This document shows, piece by piece, positions 25,901-40,900 of a stretch of 64,000 nt of DNA. The translations under genes were made by a program, and so were the position numbers. The notes beneath the pieces are model-generated. The model made no database searches. It saw only the letters and a program-made list of their open reading frames with translations, and was not told the origin of the DNA. The stretch comes from Schmidtea polychroa. Lineage: Eukaryota. Position 1 is the stretch's first letter. Every line of letters begins with the position of its first letter. The DNA is taken from contig CM097887.1 in NCBI GenBank assembly GCA_044892525.1, positions 72,850,001 through 72,914,000 of the forward strand. The letters are read 5' to 3'.

Positions 25901-28900
25901 TATCAAGATCAATAAGTTCTAACGGCATACTGATATTGGTGCCGAAAAGCAGCTGTGAATGGGAGACTCCGTTTGAGCGATTCGGTGTGTTGTGTCATCC
26001 TAGAAGAACGAAGGAAAGTGGCTTTGTCCAGCCGGCTGACGTGGCCAGGATGCGGAATGACGTTTTCATGGTGCGGTGAGCTCGTTCTACTAGACCGTTC
26101 GTCTATGGGTGATAAGAGGAAGTACGCAAACACTTGATTCCTAGTGTGCGCGTAAGGTAAGTGAATAGATCTGCCTCGAATTGGGTGCCCTGGTCGGTGA
26201 TGATGAATGAAGGGATTCCGTATCTAGAGAACCAAGTTGAAACGAGGAAATCCGCTACTGTTTGGGATGTTATGTTGGGTAAGGGAGTTTCTTCGAACCA
26301 GAGTGTCTTCCGATCGATCAAGGTAAGTATCTAGGAGAAGCCGTTGTCCGCGGGAAATGGACTGACTAAATCTATGTGAAGAGTATCGAAACGTGAGCCG
26401 GTAGGAAAAGATGTAAGCTCTGATTTGATTTGTATGTGTGCTTTGTGCTGTTGACAACTGGTGCATTCGTTTACCTACTGTTGAACGTCATGGAAGAGAG
26501 CAAACCAGGTAACTTTCTGGCGTATTACGGCATACGTGCCCTTCGTACCTGGGTGGTGCAGGTCGTGAACAGCATGGAACGTGTTCTTATGCAGTGATTC
26601 GTGTAGGATTGGACGCTGTGTGTTGTTGAATGACGTGTCGAGGTGGATACCGTCGATGACTAGGTGTGACGACTGGAATTTTTTTATATCGCTGTCCGAT
26701 AGAGGGGTACTGCAAAGGAGGTCGAGCGTAAAGAGTTGGGTGGACGAGATTGATGAGATTTCTGCACTCGAAAGGCAGTCCACTACTACATTATCTCCAC
26801 CTGAAATGTGTCTGATCTCGAAATCGAACTATGAGAGAAATGTGAGATGACGGGAACATCCTAGCTGAAGGATCTTTCATTGTGAGGCAGTCCAGCAGTG
26901 GCTTGTGATCGGTGACGTCCTTCGAGGAAGTGACGGAAGTATTTTACAGCCATGAAGATAGCTAAGAGTTCTCTGTCGAATGTACTGTATTTGGTTTCGG
27001 CTGGGGAGAATTTACACAAGAATTCTATGTCACTGTCCTTAATTTGGTTGAGCACTGGTCCGGCGGCTATGTCGGTTGCGTCTGTTGTGAGTGTAAAGGG
27101 AAGGTTGTTATCTGGATAATGTAGTGTAGACATGTTAGATAGTGCAGCTTTGGTTTTCTCCAATACTGCGTTCGAACTGTCTGACCAGGTAATGATGGAT
27201 TTCTTACCGCTCTTGTTGAGAGATATAGGAAGAGTGGGGTATGAATCTGTGGCATAAATTCACTGTCCCAAGAAAACTGCAAGGTTTGGGGGACTGGTAG
27301 GTTTTGGAAATGAGTGAATTACGTCGAGTCGTTCGGGCAGTGGATCGCAACTGTTCGCGGATAGAATATGTCCGAGGAAAGGAACTTGAGGTTGAAAGAA
27401 CTGACATTTCTCAGTGCTGATTTGCAGGTTGTTTCAGTTTAGAAGCGAGAATGTTTCGAAAAGGTGTTTAGAGTGTGATTGATGGTCTGAGGAAACCACT
27501 ATGATATAGTCGAGTTATGCGAAAATGTGCGGAGTGTCTCTGGAGATGATGTCCATAAAACGTTGAAGGGTTTGAGCGGCAATACGGAAACCGAAATGCA
27601 TGTTGTTGTTGTTTTTTAAATTTGAAAAAGTGATTTTTTTTATTAATGTTATTTAAACAAAATTGCACTCGAGAATTTAAATATACCATCTAATACAGTG
27701 GTTTCCAACCCGGTAAGCGCGGCATATGGCTAGGGGAGGCGCCAAAACCTTTGGGTAAAACAATAATTTTCATACCATAATTATTATTTCGTCATTTTTA
27801 GCACTTCGAGTTTAAAATTACCAAATAACAAAATTTTAACTCTTTTACACAATAACAAGAAATGTCAAATTCCATGCATTCTTTACCTTTAAACATCAAG
27901 ATACTTATAACTATATATATAAAAAAATATAAAAAATCACTCTACATCTTCCGAACAGCTTGCACAAATTGACGCCGCGTGTCTAGGACATATATTTTAC
28001 CACATGAAACCCATACTGTCGAATATTTTCTGTCAAGATTTCGAGGGCAATGTAAGCATCTTTTTATGGCTGGTCGAACTACATTTTGAGATTGTTCTTG
28101 TAAAATATTGCTACTATGAAGTGCATAATATGTCGGCGTTGTGTTCGTGTGAGGTTTTGTATAGTACTTCTATATTTCAGGTAGTCATCAAAAAGAGAAA
28201 AATCTAATGTTTTGAGATATTTTTTCTAGGTTTGGAAACCGCTGATCTAATATATAAAATTTAATATATAGAAATGAGTGTTTCAGCAAACACTTCAATA
28301 CTTTTTTGCAAATTGTTTCCTCTTAGTTTTTTTAATTATATAAAATATATAAAAGAATATAATTGCTACTTGAATTTTTGAATTTTTTACTTGAATTTTG
28401 TATTTTTTTTACCTGAACTTAACACAAATTTACTTAACCATAATTTTTATATAAGTATGTTGCTGAAAGTTATTACGTATTTCATAAATTGTGTAATATT
28501 TGTCATCTTGTATTAATTGACCTCTTACAAAATGTTTTAAAGGTTGCAAATGGAATGTAAAGTTTAATTATAATATATAATTTTAAAGTATTTTTTTGTA
28601 AAATCTGTTTCAACCAACTTTCAAAATTCAGGTAATCTACATTAGGAACCAAAATATTTCTAAATCGTTTAATGTCAATTTCTCACAGAACTCTAAAGTT
28701 AATTTGACGAAAATCACCGGCACAATGTTGAATGCATTTAATAATATCCTCTTCAATAACACAAGCCTAAGACACAAATACATGAAATAAATTATCATTT
28801 GAAGTATGCCTAAAGAATATTGCGCAATTTGTTCGCTTTTCTTTTAACTATATTAAAAGTAGCTTTATCTTCGAATATCTTCGTTTCATCAATTACTTTA

Positions 28901-31900
28901 ACAGGTTTTCCAAAATTTGTGGCCTAAATTTTCACAGAACCATAAGATTTGAATAATGAATAAAAAATAATTCCATGTTTACAACATAAAGACAAATTTT
29001 TGAAATTATACAACAATCTACATATTTCTTCAAATTTTAATACAAATTACGTGATTATGATCGCATAATTTGGATTTTATTAAAATAGTGGATATCACAT
29101 AATTGATTAATATTTGTAAATATACGTGTTGTGATAGGTAAGTCCCTGGACTCGACAAGAACAAAAAGTCAAATCAAGTTCAAATTTGTATTAGTTACAT
29201 GCTCTAACAAATTGTTACAGTATGTAACTGTAATAAAAATTGTTAGTAGCAATAACTCAATTCTCAGCATATAAACCATTTTCTTCCACATATCTCTTCT
29301 AGTGACGAAGAAGTTCCACAAATTTGGAGTAAGAGAGTCAAGATATTCTCCATCTTCTCCTTTAGTTCTTCTGCGGATTGAAAATGGTGGCTTTTCAGAT
29401 ATTGTTTGAGATGACAGAATAGCACAAAATCACTGGTAGCAAGATCCCGGCTGTATGGATGGGGGTCATACAACAACCAGAGAGCCAAGCATAGAGACTT
29501 TTTTCGAAGCTTCCGCGCATAACGCATGAGTTTACTGTTATATTGGGAGTTCATTGTGGCCTAACGATTCAGAAATTCCATTTTAATGATGCCGTGAATG
29601 TCCTAGAATACAGTCAGTATGGCAGCCCGTCTGTGAGATGTTCCGCTGAGGAGCTTGCGTGGAGATGATTCACTTGGCATTCGCCACTCTGCATAGTCTC
29701 TTTCTTTCATGGGAGTCTCATCTTCGGTCACAATATTTTGAAGAAATGCATTACCATATTTGTCGTAGTTTCAGGTTGGATTTGCAGCAAGAGCAGCCAT
29801 TTCACTACTAATGAATCTGGTAACAAAGTACGAACAGAGTTTTCTGATGCCAAAATCCTTTAGGATGGCAAAGGTAGATGCGTTTCACTAGTTCACTGAT
29901 GCTGATTCTGCGTTTAGAAAGAACAGTTTTCTGACACAATTGTTGTTTCTTATCGTAAATTATAGTCGGTATACCTTATCTTTCCTCGGCGAAAACAAAC
30001 TGCTGGCCTCGATTAGACTCTCCAATCCAGCTGTAAATCGTTGATCTGACTGGCCAAAGGTCCTGGTAGACAGACTGTAGCTACTGAACAATATCTTTAT
30101 TCTCAGTGCCTTTCAGCACAAGGAATTTGATGGCACTGCAATATTCTACGCTCTACATGAAAATGACAAAACTGCCTTGCTCTTTCACGGCAATGATAAA
30201 TATGTAGAAACTAAGAATAAGAATGACCACTACAGCGTCACTATTGCCATCATTCTATTAATATCCTAGTTCAATGATTTATCTAACGCACCAAATTTAT
30301 GAAATTATTACAAAAATCCAGATATTCCATAAATTTTCTCAAATTATTAGTTCGGGTTAATGAATCCTAAATGTTTATTATGAAAAACCAAATGTACCAG
30401 ATAATTTCCTGATCAAAAACTAAGAACAAATTTCCTATCTAAAATCCTCAAAATTTAAAACAATAAGCCAAAAATCAATTTAAGCTAGCATATTGATATT
30501 CACTAAATAATTATCATTTATTAAATGTTTTGATTTGTCTTTCCAAATTTTATACAATTGTTGATTTATTTCTCAGGAACAATTAGAAAAGGTTCGGCAA
30601 GATTGGTTATTGAAAGCTTCTAATGAGAAACCGAAAACTAAAGCACTTATGGAAAGTGATGTTGATGAACAAATTAAAAAAGCAAAAGATCGGTATTATG
30701 GTAATATAAGGTGAGATACTTCCTTATGATTTTACAGATTTTTAATCTATTTTTTAATTATTAAATTTGCTATAGACATGTGTTAATTATAAGAACTTTT
30801 TTATTCAAATTTCACCACTGATTTCTTTCCCATTGTATTTATTAAAAAGTTTGACTATGAATCAGTAAATATATCGATGTTTTTGATATTCACGAATTTC
30901 CGGCACTACCTTTTTCAAGTGAATCTGATCACGTGTTAATTATCTATATGTTAATTATTAATTATAGATTATATTTAATTCATGTAAGTACGCAATATGT
31001 TTATTAATAAAGTTAAAGATCCCACTGGATTGTGTTCTGATCTCGTTTATCAATTTACGTGTAATGGGTGTAATGTCACATACATTTGGGAAACTTCCCG
31101 TTATCTATTTATTCGAACTTACGAACATTATCAACCGAAGGGATTGATCAATAATAGTGAGTACAATAAGCATGTCTGATTTTAAAATTTTTTAATAATT
31201 ATTGTAACCGTGTAATTTTTGAAGTTTTATTGATAAAATCATTGGATCCGAAAATTATTATGCAAACTATTGTGAACACTTGCTTGTAATTTTTCTATGT
31301 AGGTTTTGTTGTGGATTGTTTTTGATTTCAAATGTTTTTAAATTATTGAGTCGAATAATTTTAAATTTCAATTTTTAAAAAGTTTTTAGATTAAAATTTA
31401 AAAAAATCAAAATTATAATAAAATAATATCATAATTAAAATCTGTACATATATTTAGTATATTATAACTTAAACATAAACATGACACTGGTTGAATTATT
31501 AGAAAACCTTAAACGAACATTACTTGTACTATTATAAAATTATCAAAAATCAAACTAATTAATTTGTTAATTTTTAAAAAATACATTTTACATAAAATAA
31601 AATTTATTTTAAAATTCAAATTTTTATCAAAAATTGAAATACAATTTTTGTTACATTTTTATCGATATGATTTCCACGTATCACTTCAAATGCGACATTG
31701 CAAATACAAACACAACATTCTTTCTATACACACTACTCTTTAATCCTTTTTTTGTGCTCACTAATAATATTACATTCTGTCAGTCAACGGTGATCAAGAA
31801 CATGAAATTGGAGCTTGTGCCTAATTATTCCTATCTATGTGGCATTGCGCCAATGACATTTTAATTCATGACCAAGAACTGAACAAGATCTAAGTAGTGT

Positions 31901-34900
31901 TTTAAATCCACTAATAAACACAGAGTACAGATAACACGACTCAGGGAAACTCTTAAAATATAGATTACACAACCGTTTGCTCAACATCTTTGCATAAATC
32001 ATATATCTTTCCAAATACGACAATAAAAACAAACAAATATAATCAAATATATTTACAAAAATTAATAAGACAATTGATCAAGTTATGCATCATTCGATAG
32101 AAAAAAAGTTTATTAGAAGACAAAACTGAAATAAAAATTGTCACATTACTGATAAAAAAAGGTTATTGTAAAATTTAATGTGATATTGATGAATTACGGA
32201 CAGACTTACAGATTTGGTAAATGCTTTTTATTAATAATCTTTAAACTATTTTATTTATTGAATAAAATATTAAAGCATTGAAAAAATTAAAAATGCCAAC
32301 AATATTGTCCATGTTTCTTTTTTTACTAGTAATTGTTCTTTACAAAAATAGGTTTAATCTTAGTTTCGTCTCTTTTATCCAAGTCCGATATCCATAATAC
32401 AAAATTGTTCAAATTTCGGAAATTTCTATAACACTGAAATAAACAACTGTAAAATTATTACTCAATTTCCAAAATAAAACCTACTTAGTTTTATACGGAA
32501 AATATACTGCGTACATTTGCATAAGAGGCTCAATCACATTATACTCCACTTTTACCATACCTCAAATATTTTTACCTTCCCTGTTTGTACCTTTAACATA
32601 TCACTGAAACTTCACGATACCCTTAAATTGTCTGATAAAATCAATAAGTTCATACATTACATTTCGAAAAATTGATCAAAATTAGAACTTAAGTCTTTTA
32701 AATTGCTATTCGATGTACTTGAAGATTAAAATAGATTAAAATGTGTAAGTGCAAGTTTCAACATCAAAATATTCTAGCTACATCCTTGATTAGTAACTTA
32801 TTCAATTTTTGTAATTAATATTAATGTTTAACTATTTATTTTAGATTTATTGGCGAACTGTATTTAAAAGGAGTTTTAATTACTAAAATTATTTGTTTTT
32901 GTATTGATAACTTATTAACAAAAGAAAATGAAGCAGATTCTTTAATCTGTCTTTGTAAATTGTTGGAAACATGTGGAGCTAAATTGGAAACAGAGGATAA
33001 AGGCAAGAAAAAGCTAAATGATTCATTCAAGAAACTTCGTCAGTTGTCTGAATCTATACTTATTGAAACTAGAGTTCGATTTAGAATTCTCGATATTATG
33101 GAAATGCGTCAGAAAAAATGGTGCCTTCGTAAAATTCAACAAGAACAAAAAATCCAGCCTAAAACTCTTGCAGAAATTAAAATCGATAAAGAATTGGAAG
33201 AAGAGAAAGATTACTCATCAACTCTTAACAGAAAGAATCCAAGCACTTGGGTAGCAGATCGTATGTATTTTTTATTTAAATTATTTAAAAAATCGAAAAT
33301 TAAATGAACCACGTCAATACTTTTTAACTATAGGACGTCCTAGCTTACCTAACGTAAATAAAAGTCGATCACATTTTGCTCCAAAACAATTATTGGTAAG
33401 TTGCTCTAATGATTCAACAACATTGGGACCTCAAAAAAGAAATTGGAGTATTGGAAGTGGGGCCACGATTAATTCTAATGTTGTTGAAAATGATAAAAAG
33501 TTAATTTATAATAGTATAATTACAATCAAACAATAATAATAAATAGTCGAATCAACAAACTCAAAATAAAAATGAATTCAGATATTCGAACAAGAGATAT
33601 TGTTTATGGACTTGATAGTTCGGATCTCATATTTAATCAAGTGGTTGAAGGCTGTGTCACAAATTCCGGCAATTGCATTTTACCTATTCAATCTTACAGT
33701 GCTCTCAATTATCAAAGCAGAACTTCATCAGAAAATTCCAGTAGGTCTTCATCACATAGCAGATCGACCCCTCAGATTTCGTCAAAAGAAAAGCTTCCGA
33801 ATTCCAAGTTGACACAAAGCATTTCAGTTGAAGTACAAATACTTTCACCGAATCAATTATTCAAGGAATATGCAAACACGAATGACTTTTGTGTAAGCTT
33901 CTGAGTGTTTCTCGTCTCTACGATAGTAAATTATTTCACAATAGGTAGAAAGTTGGAATGCTTGTGTAGACAAAGTTGAGGTAGTCTATAGGTGGTTGGA
34001 CTCTAATTTTGACACAGACTGTGATAATCGGGCATCCTTAAGTAATCTTCTATCGATTCTCATCAATAACAACTTAATGAATAAGGAAGATTTATTAAAA
34101 GCGTAAGATTGTTTGGGTTTTGTTTTAATGATATAGTAAATTATTTCGGTTGGAATTGATGATTTTTCTACGCTTTAAAGATTTCAGTAAAAGGAAATTT
34201 TTTTAAATATGGCCAAGANNNNNNNNNNNNNNNNNNNNNNNNNNNNNNNNNNNNNNNNNNNNNNNNNNNNNNNNNNNNNNNNNNNNNNNNNNNNNNNNNN
34301 NNNNNNNNNNNNNNNNNNNNNNNNNNNNNNNNNNNNNNNNNNNNNNNNNNNNNNNNNNNNNNNNNNNNNNNNNNNNNNNNNNNNNNNAACAATACACAAG
34401 CCCTTTTGAAATAATTCAGTAATTATGTATCATCATATTTTTATTCTGCCAAATTTCTTTTAAATTGTGCGCCCTAACTTATATAACATATTCTAAATAT
34501 AATTTTTTATCGAAATCCCATCCATTTTTTTTTATTTAAACACTTGCAACTCAGATGCAATTTACAATAAGTAAATTGAATGCGTTACAAAAAAGTAAAG
34601 TTATTTCAGATAAAAGAACCGGAACGAATTAAAATTAGACACATGGAAAAATATATTTGTATTGTCTGATCGAACAGGATGAATACAATAGGATGAAACT
34701 TCAAGATAATGTGCAACAATGTTTTTTACAGTAACTGCATTTTTAAGCCAACCTGGATGTTCATTATCATTAACATCTTCACAATCTTCCTTAAATTCTC
34801 TATGCCAGGGCTTCTTAAACTGTATGTCGCGACCCCCGGAGGGTCGCAAAGATCTGCTACTTTTGAGTCATTATAAATAAATTTTTAGAATTAGTTTACA

Positions 34901-37900
34901 CACTGCGTACAAATATAAATAAAAATCATATAAAATACTATTGTAGTTTTATTATATCTATTTTTGAAAAAGTCAGCAAATTAATTTTCATGTAAAAACT
35001 GTATATGCAAATTAATTTACTATCAGATCGTAACTAAAATTATAGTTTTACGTTGAAATTAAAATTATGGTATTTCTATGAACTGCATGATAAAATATTT
35101 ATTTTTCTGCTTATACTTCAGTTGGCGCACAATTTTATAGAAACTTATATTTCGGAATTTAATGTATATAGAGCTTTGTTTAATATCTTCGTTTGCTATG
35201 TTTCTATCATAACTTTATTCACCTTAATATAGCTAAAAATGATTTTATTATTATTATGCTAAAATAGACAAGTTATTATATTTTAACAGTATTGATATAA
35301 ATGTTTAATGCTCTAAGCCTACAACATTTTAAGTCAACTCCTTTTATTTAAAAATTAATTTTATTATATCATGATCTTATATTATTCCCGTAATAACCAT
35401 GTTTATCCAATCTCAGAGATTTAACGTTTCTATTTTCTACATAATTATAATTTTTTATCCGTTTTTTTAAGAATGAACATCGAGATTCTATTGAAAGAAA
35501 AGTTACTTAAGATGAGTATAATTTAAAAAAAAAGAGTGAAATATTAATATTTTTATGGTTGGTGCAAGAGTTAAGACACCAAGGATGGATGAATTAATTA
35601 AATGAAATTATAGCTAAAATGGTAAATAAGCTTACCATGGTATATATGTATATATATGTATAGGCATATGTATAGGAGAGAAAATATAACAGATTAAAAG
35701 AAGATTAATATTTAAATTATTTATAATTTAAGTAAAAATGAAATTTCTTTGTGCAATTTTTCTAAAAACCATATGAAATATTGACTGGTGGTGAATTCCT
35801 ACACCTTATATTGTCATTTTTCTCTATTTCTTTAATTTTGTTTTCTATTTTCTACAATAATTACATACGTGATGCGTTCAATAAGTATCCCGACTAGGTG
35901 CTAAAGGAAATTAAAACCAACAGTATTTTTTAACAATAAGGGTATGTAGGCTTTTTTCAACAGATTTTCCTTCGCAAATGTTTCTTCATATGCCTGAATA
36001 GATGAAATTTGCAGAGTGCAAGATCGAAACTCTTGGGATGGTGATCGAAGAGAACAAATCTATTTTCAAATCTATTCTTTTCTCCAAGAAATTTCCATTC
36101 GCTGGACTTGCGCTTCTATCGGAAAAACACAGGGATAAAGGAGTTTCATCCACAGTAACGTTATTTCTGTGGAATTGATCACCATGTTCATCAAAAATGA
36201 GAAGGATTGTCTGACATCATTCCCTCCGCTTTTTACACATCTCAGAGAAAAACGTGGGACGAATCTATATGCCAATTTTCTTACGCCAGATTCATTTAGG
36301 ATGACATATATACTTCTGGTACTCGCATACAATCACTGCGAGATTTCCTTGATAGTTTTTCGTCGTTCTTCCTTTGCAAACATTTCTCTCTTTTAGTCAG
36401 AACTTTAAATATTGCATGTTATCAATATTTACCTTTTATTTTCCATGTGATATGAATTTTGTTGTCTTTCATATTTAACCCTTATTTGTGACGATCTAGG
36501 ATTATCTATAATTTTTTGACTTTTCTACGACTTTTTTTCAAAATTTGTTCTAGCTGCATCGCTCAATGTTGGATTCTGGCCATAATTCTTCAGTTCTTTA
36601 AATTGTTTCTTTTATTTCTGATATCTTTTCTTAACTTTGCATTTTTATATCTTCCTTCAGTTCTTGAGCACCTAGAATAGGTGTACACAGCTTGAATTGA
36701 TCTGGGGCTGGTTAAGAATGTTAGGATGTTGTCGAAGGCCGTTTTAAAATGAAGAATACTGTTTTCATAGTTTATATATATTATTATTTAAATAGGATGA
36801 ATAGTTTACAATTTTAAATAATGAAAATATTTTAATTATCTAATAAATCTAGTAGAGTGCATTATTATATAACATTATAAGAAGACTAGTATGACAATTG
36901 ACTCTTCGTCACGACACATTTCAGATGTTACCACGCAAAGTTGATTTGAAAGTAAACCTGCATCTTTTTTTTTGCCTTATAGTTTTTCATATTTTTACTC
37001 TTTTTTAATTTGAGTTCTTCGGTTATTTACATTAACTTAAGAAAATCTTTTAACCTTTTCAATTAATTTTTAATATCGTTTTTTGGTTTAAATAATTCTT
37101 TGGGTTTAATGAATATTGCGTCGTTGATCTTGTCTTGATCGTTATGTTAGAATTAGAACACTTCATTTAATCATGCAAATATATTATCAGAGAAATCTTG
37201 TTTTCATATTTGATAATAATTAATATATAAATATTTTTCTTACACGAATTTCGAAGAGAGATTATAAATTCTAGTGTTTTGGGAGCATCATTAATGGTTA
37301 TACAATTTCCCAATATTAAAATGTACTTGGGAAAATATTTGAAAATCATTGTCCATATTCATTATTTTAGATTTTTCAAACTCATTGATTCTCTTGAGGA
37401 TCTAATTATCGACATTGGACAAAGTATATGGGATAGTCTATCTGATTACTTTATTCCATTTCTGGCAAACATGGAACTCGAATCCATAGATATTATCGAA
37501 AGTATTTTTAATTTCAACGATCTGAAAAATTTCGAAGATAAAAATGCATGTATTATTTATTCACTGCCATGGTCCATGTCAAATAGGATCATGAAATGTT
37601 CTTCTTTGGAAAGCTACAAATATTTATTCAAAAATGCCATTGAAATAGACAATTTCGAACATTTATCCAGTTGTGAAAGAAAACTTATTTTCATTATTTC
37701 TAAAAATTTATTTAGAGCTATTAAAACTGTTTCTCAAATCAGTGTAGATTCCTATTTAAACTGGATTGTTTTAAAAATTGCCGAATCTTTCAATTGTTTC
37801 AGTGAAATATTTTTTATAACGTTAAATTGGGAGGAAATGTTTAATCAAATTCAAATCGACCCATGTAAGTTGAAAATAAGTATATTTTTTAAATTATAAA

Positions 37901-40900
37901 TATTTTCAAATATTTATTTGATATATTTGCTGTCAACAGTATCAATTTCTTGAAAACTGGGTTTATATCAGTATCGGTAAGTTTTACTCTGTGTCTGTGT
38001 GTTTTATAGGATGTTTCATTTCCCCAAAATTCATCAAAAACTAAAATATCTATTCCAATTAAAATGATATTATTTTATTAACCTGAAGCAGATTGTGTTA
38101 CTTTAATCTTTAACATTTCTAAAATATTATAATTAATTCATGAATTACATAATATAAAATATAAAAACAAAAATTATGTATTTTCTAAATTAGATTTCAA
38201 TTGGTTTTTATAACATTTAAAGGTTTTGTTACGTGCTATATAAATTTAAAATCCTTCCTCTTCCTTCGCTCAGTATTAATAGGTTCGGCGGTATAGGAAA
38301 ATAGTTTAAAATGTTCAAAGCGCCAAGTTTGATATGAGGATACTTTTCTATGGGTCGTATACGACCGCTCCGACATACGGGTAAATACTACCCGGTTATC
38401 GTATGTGACCTATTGACAGTTAACCTGTTAATAATACATGTTCTTAATTCTGTTTTATTACATGGTTGACTTTTGCCATTCAATAATATTTCCCATCAAA
38501 TTAATGCCCAGGTTATTTCACTAAACATAATTATCAGCGTATCTAGACTTATGGAATGAGTAATTATCCTGTTCAAAGTATAATTTACTTTTCACTTTCA
38601 ATTCTTTTTATAGGTATAGCGTAGCATTCAAGCCTACCAATATATTTGAATTTTTGATATAAAGTTAAAGTAAAGGCTGAACATCGTTGTTTGATTAAAA
38701 ATGAAACATGGGACAAAAATAACAGAATTTAAACAAATGGCATTAATTGTTAGCAAATAAAATGTTTGTGGTGAAGAATACATAATTTTTAACCCTTGCA
38801 TATTCAGTCGCCAAGTTAGCTTTAACCCTTAGAGGACCGGAAGTATCGGACAAATTTTAAAATTTAAACGTGTTTTGGTATCATTTAGAGACATATTAAA
38901 AAATGTACTAAATGTATAAAGTAATAATTTAAATAAACAGAAACAAAAACACTTTTCCCTACATTTATTCATATAAATATTAATAGGACACTGCCGGTCT
39001 TTAGTGTTATTTATTTCTGGTCTTTTAAGGGTTCATTTATCTGCAGTTGAATAAAAATTTTATTGTGTTGTTTATCGGTTTTTATCACTCTAATAAAACT
39101 CATCTAAATCGTTATTGTGCATCCGGTATAAATTTTATGCATTTTCGAAAATTTTATTAGGTTTTTAAATAGTTTTTAAATACAATTACCTCATATGTTT
39201 CAGGCCTCTTTCAGTTCTTGATTAAGACATAAAATTATAACATTAAATGTTTTGGTTTTAAAATTCTGATTAGTATATAATTTCGATTAATCAATCATTT
39301 CATCATGAAATATTTTACTTTTTCTCACTCGCTTCCTTTCAAATTCTTTCACAAACAATATGTGTTTGGCTTTAGATTCATAGTTTTCATATAAATTTGC
39401 AATTGAATTTACGAATTCAATCAATGATCTGTATTGTTAAACAACAATCAACAAATCAATTTCTATGGATTGTATCTTTAAATATCTTTAAGTTCCAAAA
39501 TAAATTTCCAAATTTCATCATAAAAGCACATTCGAGACGATTAATTTGATTATAAATATTTTGAGAAAAGATACAGTGTCATTTTCTGATATATATTTTT
39601 AAAGCTTTGGGAATTACCACCCAATTTTCATACAAATCTTTACATGCATCATACCGACAAGACCATCTTTTACCAGAAAGATTTTTAATGGTTCGTCCTT
39701 TTAAAGCCGTAGTTAACACCAACCAACGACTTGTTGAGAAAAATAAATTAAACAATTCTTGCAAGAAATTGAAAAAGGATATTGTGTCTTTGCAACAATC
39801 TGCCGCAAATTCTCCAACCAAGTTCAATGAGTGCTGCACATGGTATAAACTGCGCTAGTTTATTGATATTCTTAATTCGTAGTCCTGAATAAATTCCAGG
39901 CATATCATAGGGTTATCCACTCAAATTTTTTCAATTTTTTTGCATTTAAATATTGTATTATTTATCTTTCCATATCTTTCGCTTTATGTCTTACATTTTC
40001 AAAATATTTCAAAAAATGTTCCTCGGGAAAAAAAATTTCGGGAGAAAAATTTAATAATGTTCCTTTACTGGACTTCTATAAGAAATATCTTTCTAGAGAA
40101 AAATATCCCTCGCTTCACAATCATGCCCCATTTATGTCATCGTTATTTGGAAGTACCTATATTTGTGAGGAACTATTTTCACGAATGAAGCATATGAAGA
40201 GTAAAACTAGAAGTAAATTATCTGATGAGCACCTTGAGAATTCATCAAGAATTGCAATTATTTCCATCGAACCAAATTTCGAAGAGAATTAGTCTCTCAA
40301 AAACCAAGCCAGATTTTTCACTAGCTTAATGTTGTCTTGTTTGTTTTGGTAATCAACTAGTTATCCTATTTCATGTGCGGCCCAAACCAACTCATTTTTT
40401 AAAAAAATGGCTTGGAAGGCTAAGAGGTTGGAAACCACTGAAATAGTTCGTTTCCGAAAATTATATAATAAAGAATAGCTAGACAATTAGAATCAAGCTC
40501 TTCAATAATGTACACTGGTGGTTTGTCAATACCACATGTTGATGTGTTATTTAAACTTCAATACGATTAAATCATATTCAACAATAACAAGCAAATTACA
40601 GACCCAATTCTACATTTTCATCAAGGAAAATTCACATTTAATTTATGAAGCATAACGAGTAGCATCTTAAAAAATCGAATCATCACGACTGGTCCAACTG
40701 CTTCAAGAAGGAACTAAGGCACAAAGAATTTCTAACAATCGAAAGCACTTTAATTTATAGAAATTTTGTGTTTATCTCCCTGAATCATTGATAAAATCAA
40801 TTATAAAACAAGCGCACGATACACATAACAAACTATGTACGAATTACCGTTGGCATTCAATGTGAACCGATATTTTTATGTTTATAATCGATAAGCAGTC

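Noticed and set aside
34168-34409. ORFs made of X residues
   Set aside because: Artefacts of translating across the N gap.
37279-37370. 5' part of ORF 37279-37899 as a gene start
   Set aside because: It is intronic read-through. Similarity to MA3 starts at the acceptor at 37371.
37940-38010. Short AG/GT-bounded segment (YQFLENWV frame) as the next eIF4G exon
   Set aside because: In the phase required by exon 9 it stops after four codons, and better W2-like exons exist near 47 kb. It remains possible as an alternative terminal exon.
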